A DNA stretch of 64,000 nt, from positions 4,958 to 68,957 of the forward strand of contig MAEO01000227.1 in NCBI GenBank assembly GCA_001683985.1. Direction: 5' to 3'. Every line of letters begins with the position of its first letter. Within the stretch, counting starts at the first letter, position 1. Positions 35,319 through 44,486 of the stretch are shown in pieces. Made by a program: the position numbers and the translations under genes. The notes under the pieces were generated by a model. That model saw nothing but the letters and a program-made list of their open reading frames with translations. It made no database searches and was not told the DNA's origin. Source of the stretch: Smithella sp. M82. Its GTDB lineage: Bacteria > Desulfobacterota > Syntrophia > Syntrophales > Smithellaceae.

Positions 35319-35427
35319 ATTATCCGCCTCCGTCATGGAGTTTATCCGGCGTATGCCGGATGACACCTCTCGGAAATCCTCCCGACTTCGCGCTGGCGGA
35401 GGATATCCAGGGTATTTCACAAAGTCA

Positions 35428-37131
35428 TTAATTAATCGTTTCTCGACTACCTAGTGACATATTATTTATCGAATCACCCGGATGCACCATAGGATAAACA
35501 CATTCTTCACGCGATACACGAAAATCCATCAATACCGGCCGATCAAGAGCAAGTCCTTCTTTCAAAACAGATTCCACCTCCTCCGGTTTTGTTGCGCGCA
35601 AGCCGACAATGCCGAACGCCTCCGCCAGCTTCACAAAATCCGGAGCATAAGTCATATCTGTATGCGAATAACGTTTTTCATAGAACAATTCCTGCCACTG
35701 ACGAACCATTCCCAGATAACCGTTATTCAACAAAACTATTTTTACGTTGATTTTATATTGCGCTGCGGTAGCCAGTTCCTGAATATTCATCTGAATGCTG
35801 CCGTCACCGGCAATATCTACAACATGTTTATCCGGAAAAGCACACTTGACGCCGATTGCCGCCGGCAGGCCGAAACCCATTGTTCCCAATCCGCCTGAAG
35901 AAACAAATGTATTGGGATTATCAAAATGGAAAAACTGCGCTGTCCACATCTGATTTTGACCGACTTCCGTTGTTATAATCGCGTCGCCTTTAGTCAATTT
36001 ATACAGAGTTTCAATCACAAATTGCGGTTCGATTACGTTGCCGTTCTGGCAATATGTCAGAGGAACTTTTTCTCTCCAATCGGCAATCTGATCCAGCCAT
36101 TTCTGCCGCTCTGATTTATCATATGTACAATTATGTTCATCCAGAAATTTAATCACATCTTTCAATACTGCCTGTGTATCACCGACGATCGGCAGATCAA
36201 CGGCTATATTTTTATTAATGGATGAAGGGTCAATATCAATCTGGACTATTTTGGCATTGGCGGCAAATGTATCAATAGCGCCGGTAACCCTGTCGTCAAA
36301 TCTCACACCCACGGCCAAAAGCAAATCGCAATGACTAACAGCCATGTTAGCATAGTAGGTGCCGTGCATCCCCAACATTCCCAGCCACAGCGGATCTGTT
36401 CCCGGGAAAGAACCAAGACCCATCAAAGTACCGGTAACAGGGACCTGATATTCTCTGGCCATTTTAGTCAACAGTTCAGAAGCCCTTCCCCGAATAACGC
36501 CTCCGCCGGTCATAATTAAAGGTTTTTTAGCAACGGTGAGCATATCCAGCAAATTGGTCATCTTTTTGAAAGCCGGTTTATATACCGGTTCATGATTCCT
36601 GATTCTTATGTTGGCAGGATCATATTCCGTTTCTGCCGCCATCACATTTTTGGGCAAGTCGACAAGAACAGGACCAGGCCTTCCTGAACGGGCAATATGA
36701 AAAGCTTCCTTGATGGTTGCAGCAAGGTCATCGATATTGCGTACCAGGAAATTATGTTTGGTGCAGGGACGGGTTATTCCCGTGATATCGCATTCCTGAA
36801 AAGCGTCATTGCCGATGAGTCCCGTGGGAACCTGGCCGGTAAAAACAACAAGAGGAATGGAATCCATATTCGCCGTGGCAATTCCTGTTACCGTATTGGT
36901 TGCGCCCGGGCCGGACGTAACCAGACAAACACCCACTTTTCCGGTCGCCCGGGCATAGCCGTCAGCGGCATGCGCTGCCCCCTGTTCATGCCGGACTAAA
37001 ATGTGCTTCATATTGCTTTTGTAAAGCTCGTCATAGATATCCAGAACAGCTCCTCCCGGATATCCGAAGATAATTTCAACCTTTTCTTCTTCAAGAGCCT
37101 TCAACAGTATTTGTGTTCCCTTCAGCTTCAT
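35428..37131 (-). CDS. ilvB: acetolactate synthase large (catalytic) subunit
   Basis: 567-aa ORF. ThDP enzyme motifs GYPGGA, HEQGAAHAADGYAR and GDGSIQMNIQELAT. Confidence 0.9.
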   Translation of the reverse strand: MKLKGTQILLKALEEEKVEIIFGYPGGAVLDIYDELYKSNMKHILVRHEQGAAHAADGYARATGKVGVCLVTSGPGATNTVTGIATANMDSIPLVVFTGQVPTGLIGNDAFQECDITGITRPCTKHNFLVRNIDDLAATIKEAFHIARSGRPGPVLVDLPKNVMAAETEYDPANIRIRNHEPVYKPAFKKMTNLLDMLTVAKKPLIMTGGGVIRGRASELLTKMAREYQVPVTGTLMGLGSFPGTDPLWLGMLGMHGTYYANMAVSHCDLLLAVGVRFDDRVTGAIDTFAANAKIVQIDIDPSSINKNIAVDLPIVGDTQAVLKDVIKFLDEHNCTYDKSERQKWLDQIADWREKVPLTYCQNGNVIEPQFVIETLYKLTKGDAIITTEVGQNQMWTAQFFHFDNPNTFVSSGGLGTMGFGLPAAIGVKCAFPDKHVVDIAGDGSIQMNIQELATAAQYKINVKIVLLNNGYLGMVRQWQELFYEKRYSHTDMTYAPDFVKLAEAFGIVGLRATKPEEVESVLKEGLALDRPVLMDFRVSREECVYPMVHPGDSINNMSLGSRETIN

Positions 37132-37281
37132 TATAGTCTCTCCCTATGTAATAATATTAAATCTTAAATAATATAATTCGTCTTTTGTCCCGAAAATGAC
37201 ACTCAGAACAATTTTTCAAAAGTTGAGTCTCATTAACTAAAAAAGCCGCCTGTCTCCTTGAGAAAAAGCGGCCTTGCCCTT

Positions 37282-37317
37282 AAAACAACAAAGCCGCAGG
37301 CTTCAGGGGCCTGCGGC
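37282..37317 (-). terminator. Attenuator terminator of the ilv leader
   Basis: On the minus strand GCCGCAGGC-ccctgaa-GCCTGCGGC is followed by TTTGTTGTTTT. A second GCCGC...GCGGC+TTTTTT element follows at about 37238-37272. Confidence 0.6.
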
Positions 37318-37338
37318 CTGTATCTTTATTTTTATTTC

Positions 37339-37440
37339 CTAAAGATACAGAGCGGCAGACCCCGTAAGTACGACTACTACGAGTACCAATACTTTGATCC
37401 GTATCGGAACAACGCCGCCTGTTAAATCTTTAAGAAACAT
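37339..37440 (-). CDS. ilv operon leader peptide (33 aa, 17 branched-chain residues)
   Basis: Hand translation gives MFLKDLTGGVVPIRIKVLVLVVVVLTGSAALYL*. A purine-rich GAAGAGAG lies upstream, and the stop codon is embedded in an 11-bp-stem hairpin (37318-37350). About 200 bp upstream of ilvB. Confidence 0.6.
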   Translation of the reverse strand: MFLKDLTGGVVPIRIKVLVLVVVVLTGSAALYL

Positions 37441-37471
37441 AAATCTCTCTTCACTAAATTGACTTGAGCTT

Positions 37472-37500
37472 TCAATAACTAAAAACAAAAAGTTTGTCAA
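37472..37500 (-). promoter_or_regulatory. sigma-70-like promoter candidate for the ilv leader (TTGACA-17 nt-TATTGA)
   Basis: On the minus strand TTGACA is at 37500-37495, the spacer is 17 nt, and TATTGA is at 37477-37472. Confidence 0.35.
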
Positions 37501-37594
37501 TAAAATTTTTGTTTAATTAATAATTTGGCCTCATACATCTATTTGGATACATTTTTACGATGGCCTACATCTGTCCAAAATAGATTTTGGAATT

Positions 37595-37665
37595 GAAAAG
37601 GGCGCACACAATCAGGTAGAAGTTTCTTTGTGACAAGAAAGCGAAAACCTGAAGAGGCGGCGCCC
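37595..37665 (-). terminator. Long three-tier hairpin with short T-tail, probable terminator of the tatA-tatC-mrcA transcript
   Basis: Nested pairs GGGCGC(37600-05)/GCGCCC(37660-65), CAGG(37613-16)/CCTG(37648-51) and TTTCTT(37623-28)/AAGAAA(37635-40). On the minus strand it is followed by TTTT. Confidence 0.4.
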
Positions 37666-37743
37666 TGATGAATAGATTTATATACAACGTCATAAATAAT
37701 TGCGCATGACTATCATTGTCGAGAGAAAACACCCGGTACATGG

Positions 37744-37792
37744 TTCGACAGGCTCACCATGACCGGTCACCCTAAGCTTGTCGAAGGGTGAC
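37744..37792. repeat. Hairpin repeat (CGGTCACCC...GGGTGACCG) of the CCTTCGACAAGCT-AGG-TGAC family
   Basis: The reverse complement GTCACCCTTCGACAAGCTTAGGGTGAC matches GAGCCTTCGACAAGCTCAGGATGAC at about 63038-63062. The GTCATGGTGAGCC module is also shared. Confidence 0.6.
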
Positions 37793-37878
37793 CGATGCGC
37801 AAATAATTACGTCGTTATGTATAGAAAAAATTAATGCAGAATCAATATTGCTGGTTCGCGGTGAAAATAAAATCAACG

Positions 37879-38061
37879 TCACTTTGAATACAAGAAAAGA
37901 AAGAAAACAAGATGGAGTGTCGGCAAAAACTGTTTCGTCCGGCGCTTTACCCGATATGACTTCCAGACAATCCATACCAACAGTGCAATCACAAGCAAAG
38001 CCCAGGCCTTACATGCCGCCACTACCACCGAAGCCAAATATAAACACAAAGCAGTCAACAA
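37879..38061 (-). CDS. possible small membrane protein (hypothetical)
   Basis: 60-codon ORF with a hydrophobic stretch LTALCLYLASVVVAACKAWALLVIALLVWIVW followed by a basic loop. It has a TTG start and no convincing RBS. Confidence 0.2.
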   Translation of the reverse strand: MLTALCLYLASVVVAACKAWALLVIALLVWIVWKSYRVKRRTKQFLPTLHLVFFLFLYSK

Positions 38062-38097
38062 TACTGCTATTATCGAAGTATTTATAATACAAATTTT

Positions 38098-40143
38098 TTA
38101 CCTGAACAGATCTTCCTTCTCGTCGCTCATGCCTCCGGCGTTGTCTTTCGGCGTAAGACCTTCCAAAAAGGCTTCGGAAATTCCTTTTTCAAAAAAACCG
38201 GCCGGTTTCCCCGTTTGAGGGTTAACCTTCATAAAAATAATGCCCTGTGGCACGGGAAAAGATTCCACCGGTGTATTTTGCAGAACCTTTTCCATAAAGT
38301 AAAGCCAAATAGGAGCGGCCGCTCTTCCGCCAACTTCCTGTGAGCCCAGAGATGCCTCCTGATCAAAGCCCACCCACACTCCGGCAATCAGAGAAGGAGT
38401 AGCGCCGATAAACCAAGCGTCACGAACATCATTTGTGGTTCCTGTTTTTGCGGCAACAGGCCTTCCGATGCTTCTTACCCGTGTTCCGGTACCGCTAATC
38501 ACAACATCCTGCATAACATAAGTCGTCAGGAAAGCGATGCGCGGATCAATAACCTGTTCTGATTGAACTTTAGTTTCCTCAAAAACATTGCCGGTACGGT
38601 CAACAATTTTTTTAATGAAATGAGGAGTTACTTTTTGTCCCTGATTGACCAGCACACCATAAGCCTGAACCAGTTCCTGCAATGTTACTCCAGATACACC
38701 TAACGCCAAGGCCAGGTTCCGCGATAGAGGAGATGTGATCCCCATATTCATAGCATATGATACTGCGTAATCCACGCCGATTTCCTGCAGAATCTTGACT
38801 GTGACCACATTGCGGGATTGAACAAGTCCGGTCCTCATGGTAACCGGTCCAAGGAACTTTTCATCAAAGTTTTTCGGTTTCCAAAGACCGCCCTGCTGAG
38901 ATGGATCTTCCAAAGCAATGGGAGAATCAATAAACTGTGACGACGGGTTGAATCCTTTATCAAAGGCTGCCGTATAGATCAGAGGTTTAAAAGCGGAGCC
39001 GGGCTGCCTGCGGGACTGCGTTGCCCGGTTGAATTCACTTTTATTGAAATCCCGTCCGCCAACCATCGCGCGAATAGCGCCTGTTTTTACATCCATGCAG
39101 AAAAGCGCGCCTTGAACCAATCCACGTTGATATTTTTCTCTGTCTTCCAACTCTGCTAAGCCTCTTTCCACAGCATCACGCGCGTATTTTTGTGCGGACA
39201 AATTCAAAGTTGTATAGATTGAAAGACCTTCTTTATAAAGGACATCGGCACCATATTTTTCCTGCACATAGCGACGGACGGTTTCTACAAAATAAGCGGC
39301 TACTTTATCTTTTGGTTTAATAGATCGCAATTTCAAAGGAAGGGCGTATGCTTTCTTCATTTCTTCCTGCGAAATGAAGCCATCCTCCATCATACGTGTA
39401 AGAACATAAAGCTGCCTTTCTTTTGCCTTGTCATAATGAAGAAATGGAGAATAATTGGTAGGAGCTTTAGGTAAGCCGGCAAGCAAGGCCGCCTCATGCA
39501 GTTTTAAGTCCTTGGCGTTCTTGCCGAAATAACCGAGAGATGCCGATTCTATTCCATAAGTACCATGTCCTAAATAAATCTGGTTCAAATATAGATTTAG
39601 AATTTCATCTTTAGTAAGATACTTGTCTATTTTATATGCGAGAATTGCTTCTTTAATTTTGCGTGTGTATTTCTTTTCAGGCGAAAGGTACATCATCTTC
39701 GCCACTTGCTGCGTAATGGTACTGCCGCCCTGAACGATATGTCCTGCTTCGACATTTTTCAGCATTGCACGAAAAATACTTTGTGTATCCAAACCGGTAT
39801 GTTGATAGAAGCGCGAGTCTTCCGAGGCAACAAAAGCATATTGAACTATCTTTGGAATTTCAGCGATCTTGATAACTTTTCTGTCTTCCAGAAAAAATTC
39901 ATCAATAAGTTCATTGTTGTCATCATAGACACGGGAGGCTATGCTGGGACGATAATCCTTGAGTGCGTCAATACGCGGCAAATCCAGAGTCAAGGCATAG
40001 TAAGTGGCAGTTCCACCAACTGTAACCAGCAGGGCGCTAACCATTATAACCAGAAAAAGATTAAACAGGGTGAACAGTTTTTTAACTTCTCCATTATCTT
40101 TATATTTCGATCTTTTACGGGACACCGGCATAATTTTTACCAA
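38098..40143 (-). CDS. mrcA: penicillin-binding protein 1A (bifunctional transglycosylase/transpeptidase)
   Basis: 681-aa ORF. GT51 motifs EDSRFYQHTG and GGSTITQQ, transpeptidase motifs SAFKP and KTGTTN. Confidence 0.9.
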   Translation of the reverse strand: MVKIMPVSRKRSKYKDNGEVKKLFTLFNLFLVIMVSALLVTVGGTATYYALTLDLPRIDALKDYRPSIASRVYDDNNELIDEFFLEDRKVIKIAEIPKIVQYAFVASEDSRFYQHTGLDTQSIFRAMLKNVEAGHIVQGGSTITQQVAKMMYLSPEKKYTRKIKEAILAYKIDKYLTKDEILNLYLNQIYLGHGTYGIESASLGYFGKNAKDLKLHEAALLAGLPKAPTNYSPFLHYDKAKERQLYVLTRMMEDGFISQEEMKKAYALPLKLRSIKPKDKVAAYFVETVRRYVQEKYGADVLYKEGLSIYTTLNLSAQKYARDAVERGLAELEDREKYQRGLVQGALFCMDVKTGAIRAMVGGRDFNKSEFNRATQSRRQPGSAFKPLIYTAAFDKGFNPSSQFIDSPIALEDPSQQGGLWKPKNFDEKFLGPVTMRTGLVQSRNVVTVKILQEIGVDYAVSYAMNMGITSPLSRNLALALGVSGVTLQELVQAYGVLVNQGQKVTPHFIKKIVDRTGNVFEETKVQSEQVIDPRIAFLTTYVMQDVVISGTGTRVRSIGRPVAAKTGTTNDVRDAWFIGATPSLIAGVWVGFDQEASLGSQEVGGRAAAPIWLYFMEKVLQNTPVESFPVPQGIIFMKVNPQTGKPAGFFEKGISEAFLEGLTPKDNAGGMSDEKEDLFR

Positions 40144-40935
40144 TCATTTTTCATCAGTTTCGGCATTTTCTTTTTTCTTTTCAGCAAATTTCGATATAAA
40201 TATACTTATTTCATAAAGAAACATCAAGGGTATGGCCATTAATATCTGACTTAAAGCATCCGGCGACGGTGTTAAAATAGCAGCAATTACAAATATAAGC
40301 AAAACAGCATACCTTCTTTGTTTGGAAAGCATTTTAGGGTTAACTATTCCCAATTTGGTTAAGAAGAAAATAAATATGGGCAATTCAAAAGATAAACCGA
40401 ACCCCAGCAGAAAAGTCACAAAAAGAGAAAGATAATCTTTAAAAGAAAGCATTGCCTGCAGATATTGGTTGTTAAAACTGACAAAAAATTTAAAGGCGGG
40501 AGGCAGCGCAATAAAATATCCGAAAAAAACGCCGGCTATAAAAAGAAAAGACGAAGAAAGCACAAAAGGAACAACATACTTTTTTTCTTTAGGCAACAAT
40601 CCAGGCGCAATAAATTTCCATATCTGATAAAGGATAAAAGGACTTGTAATTATCAAAGAAGCAAAAAAAGCCACTTTCATATAAGTGAAAAAAGCTTCTG
40701 TCAGGCCGATATAAATCAGATAACTATTCTTAGGCATAACCTGAGTAAGAGGGCGGGTAACTACATCAAAGATGAAATCTTTATAATAATAGCAACCCGC
40801 GAAACCAATGCCTAAAGCAATCAAAGAACGTGTAAGCCTTTTACGCAGTTCTACCAAATGTCCTGTAAGAGACATTTTATAATCTTCGCTGTATTCATTA
40901 CCTTCTTGACGTTCTTTATCTTCGCTATCTTCCAT
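40144..40935 (-). CDS. tatC: twin-arginine translocase subunit TatC
   Basis: 263-aa ORF with 6 TM helices. HLVELRKRL N-terminal motif. Confidence 0.9.
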   Translation of the reverse strand: MEDSEDKERQEGNEYSEDYKMSLTGHLVELRKRLTRSLIALGIGFAGCYYYKDFIFDVVTRPLTQVMPKNSYLIYIGLTEAFFTYMKVAFFASLIITSPFILYQIWKFIAPGLLPKEKKYVVPFVLSSSFLFIAGVFFGYFIALPPAFKFFVSFNNQYLQAMLSFKDYLSLFVTFLLGFGLSFELPIFIFFLTKLGIVNPKMLSKQRRYAVLLIFVIAAILTPSPDALSQILMAIPLMFLYEISIFISKFAEKKKENAETDEK

Positions 40936-40987
40936 AATATTTTATTTATTCTTGATTTAATAAATCAGAGGATTTTAATTTCGACTT

Positions 40988-41272
40988 TTATTTTTTATCG
41001 GAGGCATTACTACTGAATGAAGCCGGTATGACTTCTTCATCATCCGGCTTTTTCATTAAAAGAGAATCTTTCCAGGCGTCATCATTATTCTTTGGACTTT
41101 CATCTTCCTTCAGAGTATCTTTAAGATCTTCGGTGACACCTTCTGTTGCTTTTTTAAATTCGCTGAAACCTCTACCCAATGTTTTCGCCAGATCAGGCAA
41201 CTTTTTAGGTCCGACAATTAGTAGAGCAATTATCGCTATTATTATAAGTTCCTGCATTCCTATGCCAAACAT
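40988..41272 (-). CDS. tatA: twin-arginine translocase TatA/TatB family protein
   Basis: 94-aa [45 protein letters not shown]. Confidence 0.85.
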   Translation of the reverse strand: MFGIGMQELIIIAIIALLIVGPKKLPDLAKTLGRGFSEFKKATEGVTEDLKDTLKEDESPKNNDDAWKDSLLMKKPDDEEVIPASFSSNASDKK

Positions 41273-41489
41273 TAATTAATAATTCCCCCGTAATACTTGG
41301 AATATACCTATATATTGATTCCTGTTTTTGTCAATGTTTTTTGCACGCATACAACAAGAATACTATTGACATTAAAGATATATTTTAGTACCCGGATACC
41401 TGTTTTTAAAAATGCAAATCGGAAATATTTTGCTTTTTAACGTCATTTATGATACATGAGCTATACTCCTTATAGTAGCTTGAAAGAAG

Positions 41490-42551
41490 GTGCTTTTGCC
41501 CAGAAAAACAGGTATTGTCAAAGACGCCAGATACTTACAGCATTCGGCAGGTTTTTTCCATCCGGAAAGTCCGGAAAGGCTGGCGGCAATTTATGAAATG
41601 CTGGAAAACCCTTTGATGGATTGGAAATTCACCCATATAGAACCGCGTGAAGCCGCCCACAAAGAAATTGAAATGATCCATTCACCTTCTTATGTAAAAT
41701 TTATTGCGAGTACCGCTGGACAACGCTGTGTATATCTTGATCCCGATACCTCTACTTCCCCGGAAACATACGAAATTGCAAAGTTGGCAGTGGGTGGTGT
41801 TTGCAATGCCATCGATAGCGTCTTTAATGGTGAAGTAGATAATGCTTTTGCTTTTATACGTCCTCCGGGACATCATGCGGAAAAAGATACTGCCGCCGGT
41901 TTTTGCGTATTTAACAATATAGCCATAGGAGCAATGCACGCCATATCGAAATACGGTTTAAAAAGAATATTGATCGTGGACTGGGATTTGCACCATGGTA
42001 ATGGTACCCAGCATAGCTTTTACAGGGATCCGCGGATTTTATATTTCTCCACTCATCAATATCCTTATTATCCCGGAACAGGAAGTTTGCAGGAATTTGG
42101 TCAGGGAGAAGGAGAAGGCTACACCATCAATGTTCCTTTACGGGAAGGTGCAGGTGATTCTGCCTTCGTAAAAATATACCGTAGAATCTTACAGCCGGTA
42201 GCGCTGGAGTTCAAACCGGAGCTGGTTTTGTTATCTGCCGGTTTTGATACCCATTTTCAAGACCCGTTGGGTGGAATGCGCGTCACACCGGAAGGTTTTG
42301 CCGCTATGGCACGCTTATTACTCAATATCGCCGAAACCTGCTGTCAGGGACGCTTTGCGGCAGCGCTGGAAGGCGGTTATCACATCGCAGGACTAACCAG
42401 ATCGGTAAAGGCTGTTTTGGAAGAAATGCTTGATGAGACACATGTTTCAGACGAGAGACTTTCTTTCCTGGAAAAAGAAGCTGATGAAGAAACAGAACAA
42501 TTAATTAACAAGGTTATTTCCAGGATTCGTCCCTACTGGAAAGTGTTCTAG
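41490..42551 (+). CDS. histone deacetylase family protein (acetoin-utilisation/AcuC-like deacetylase)
   Basis: 353-aa ORF with a GTG start. RPPGHHA, DWDLHHGNGTQ and GFD motifs. Confidence 0.85.
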   Translation: MLLPRKTGIVKDARYLQHSAGFFHPESPERLAAIYEMLENPLMDWKFTHIEPREAAHKEIEMIHSPSYVKFIASTAGQRCVYLDPDTSTSPETYEIAKLAVGGVCNAIDSVFNGEVDNAFAFIRPPGHHAEKDTAAGFCVFNNIAIGAMHAISKYGLKRILIVDWDLHHGNGTQHSFYRDPRILYFSTHQYPYYPGTGSLQEFGQGEGEGYTINVPLREGAGDSAFVKIYRRILQPVALEFKPELVLLSAGFDTHFQDPLGGMRVTPEGFAAMARLLLNIAETCCQGRFAAALEGGYHIAGLTRSVKAVLEEMLDETHVSDERLSFLEKEADEETEQLINKVISRIRPYWKVF

Positions 42552-42571
42552 AATATAAAGGAGAAAATGTT

Positions 42572-42859
42572 TTGAAAATAAGCTCCCGTGAAGTTGAATA
42601 TGTAGCACATCTGGCACGTTTGGAAGTTACGGAAAAAGAAACCGAAAAATTTACTGCACAACTAAATGATATTTTGCTTTACATCGACAAGCTAAATGAA
42701 TTGGATACGAAAGGAGTGGAACCGATGAACCACGCTATTTCCGTAACCAACGCTTTCCGTGAAGATAAAATGTTGGATTCTATCGGCACGGAAAATTCAT
42801 TGACCAATGCGCCGGATGCGCGGGGCGAGTTTTTTCGGGTACCCAAAGTAATAGATTGA
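42572..42859 (+). CDS. gatC: Asp/Glu-tRNA amidotransferase subunit C
   Basis: 95-aa ORF, TTG start with AAGGAG RBS. VAHLARLEVTEKE, typical GatC. Confidence 0.85.
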   Translation: MKISSREVEYVAHLARLEVTEKETEKFTAQLNDILLYIDKLNELDTKGVEPMNHAISVTNAFREDKMLDSIGTENSLTNAPDARGEFFRVPKVID

Positions 42860-42917
42860 CGACTTTGAAAAAAGTTTCCAGCCCCTACGATAGGGTCATA
42901 ATAAAAAAATCTTACAT

Positions 42918-43011
42918 ATCCTCCGCTGGCGGAGGTGTCCGCTATAGCGGACGAAGGTGGATGTAAGAAATCAATGCATCCGCCCCTTTAATCCCCCACC
43001 AGCGGGGGACA
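42918..43011 (+). repeat. Composite GC-rich repeat inside the gatC-gatA spacer (homologous to 23668-23756)
   Basis: Contains the CCTCCGCTGGCGGAGG hairpin, the GTCCGCTATAGCGGAC hairpin and the CCCCCACCAGCGGGGG module. The first part is bracketed by CTTACAT/ATGTAAG. Confidence 0.6.
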
Positions 43012-43028
43012 TTTTTTAAAGGAAGATT

Positions 43029-44486
43029 ATGGAGTTAAATCAGCTTACTATTCATGAACTGCAGGAAAAAATTAAAAATAATAGTGTAACAGCCACACAG
43101 ATTACCGAGTCTGTATTTTCACGAATTGATGCTGTGGAAGAACGTGTTCATTCCTATATCCGTTTGATGAAGGAAGACGCCTTGGCCGCTGCGGCAAAAG
43201 CAGACGTAGATATCAAAAAAGGCAATATAAAACCATTAACCGGAATTCCCATCGCACTGAAGGATATTGTCTGCACTAAAGGTATCACCACAACATGCGG
43301 ATCACGTATATTACACAACTTTGTTCCGCCCTATAACTCAACTGTTGTGGAAAAACTTCGCAGTGCCGGAGCCATCTTTATCGGCAAGGCCAACATGGAT
43401 GAATTTGCCATGGGTTCTTCCACAGAAACATCTTACTTCGGACCGACCCGCAATCCCTGGGATTTGGAGAGAATTCCCGGCGGCTCCAGCGGTGGTTCGG
43501 CCGCGGCGGTTGCCGCTGATGAATGCATCGCTTCCATCGGCTCTGACACCGGCGGTTCCATCCGCCAACCCGCAGCACTGTGCGGTATTGTCGGCATGAA
43601 GCCGACTTATGGCCGAGTGTCGCGCTTCGGATTGATTGCATTCGCCTCATCGCTCGATCAAATCGGACCTTTTACCAAGGATGTGGAAGATTGCGCAATT
43701 ATGATGAATATCATCGCCGGTTATGATCCGAAAGAATCAACTTCCGTCAACGCAGAAGTTCCTGATTACCGGCAATTTATTGGACGGGACATCAAAAGCT
43801 GGAAAATAGGCATTCCTAAAGAATACTTTATCGAGGGCGTTGACCCGGAAGTAAACGCCGCCATTAAAAAAGCCATCCGCGTAATCGAACAAAGTGGCGG
43901 ACAATGTGTGGAAATTTCTCTGCCTCACACTCAATACTGCGTGGCAACTTATTATATTATCGCTCCGGCAGAAGCCAGTTCCAATCTGGCGCGTTACGAC
44001 GGGGTCAAATACGGTTTCCGGGCGGCTGATGTTCGCGAACTACTGGAGATGTACAAAATAACACGTATGCAGGGATTCGGTTCTGAGGTTAAAAGAAGAA
44101 TTATGATCGGCACCTATGCATTGTCCGCCGGTTATTATGATGCGTACTATAAGAAAGCTTCACAGGTACGTGCCTTAATCAAACACGATTTCGATGAGGC
44201 TTTTAAACCTTGCGATGTTATCCTGACACCGACTACTCCGACGCCGGCTTTTAAGATTGGCGAAAAAACTGATGATCCGTTGCAAATGTATCTTTCCGAT
44301 GTTTTCACCATATCGACAAATCTGGCGGGAATACCGGGAATCTCCGTTCCCTGCGGTTTTACTTCGCGCGGTTTGCCGATTGGAGTACAGTTCTTGGCCG
44401 GCCATTTTGAAGAAGGCAAACTAATCCAAATTGCCTCCGCTTATGAGAAGAACGCGAAAATTGAAAAGAGGAGGCCAACGCTTTAA
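43029..44486 (+). CDS. gatA: Asp/Glu-tRNA amidotransferase subunit A
   Basis: 485-aa ORF. Amidase signature [13 protein letters not shown]...[12 protein letters not shown]. Confidence 0.95.
   Translation: MELNQLTIHELQEKIKNNSVTATQITESVFSRIDAVEERVHSYIRLMKEDALAAAAKADVDIKKGNIKPLTGIPIALKDIVCTKGITTTCGSRILHNFVPPYNSTVVEKLRSAGAIFIGKANMDEFAMGSSTETSYFGPTRNPWDLERIPGGSSGGSAAAVAADECIASIGSDTGGSIRQPAALCGIVGMKPTYGRVSRFGLIAFASSLDQIGPFTKDVEDCAIMMNIIAGYDPKESTSVNAEVPDYRQFIGRDIKSWKIGIPKEYFIEGVDPEVNAAIKKAIRVIEQSGGQCVEISLPHTQYCVATYYIIAPAEASSNLARYDGVKYGFRAADVRELLEMYKITRMQGFGSEVKRRIMIGTYALSAGYYDAYYKKASQVRALIKHDFDEAFKPCDVILTPTTPTPAFKIGEKTDDPLQMYLSDVFTISTNLAGIPGISVPCGFTSRGLPIGVQFLAGHFEEGKLIQIASAYEKNAKIEKRRPTL

Noticed and set aside
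37788-38087. 99-aa plus-strand ORF between the ilv leader region and mrcA
   Set aside because: It has a GTG start inside a hairpin repeat, no RBS and a low-complexity Pro/Lys/Thr-rich product. It is antisense to a somewhat more plausible small hydrophobic ORF, and neither is well supported.
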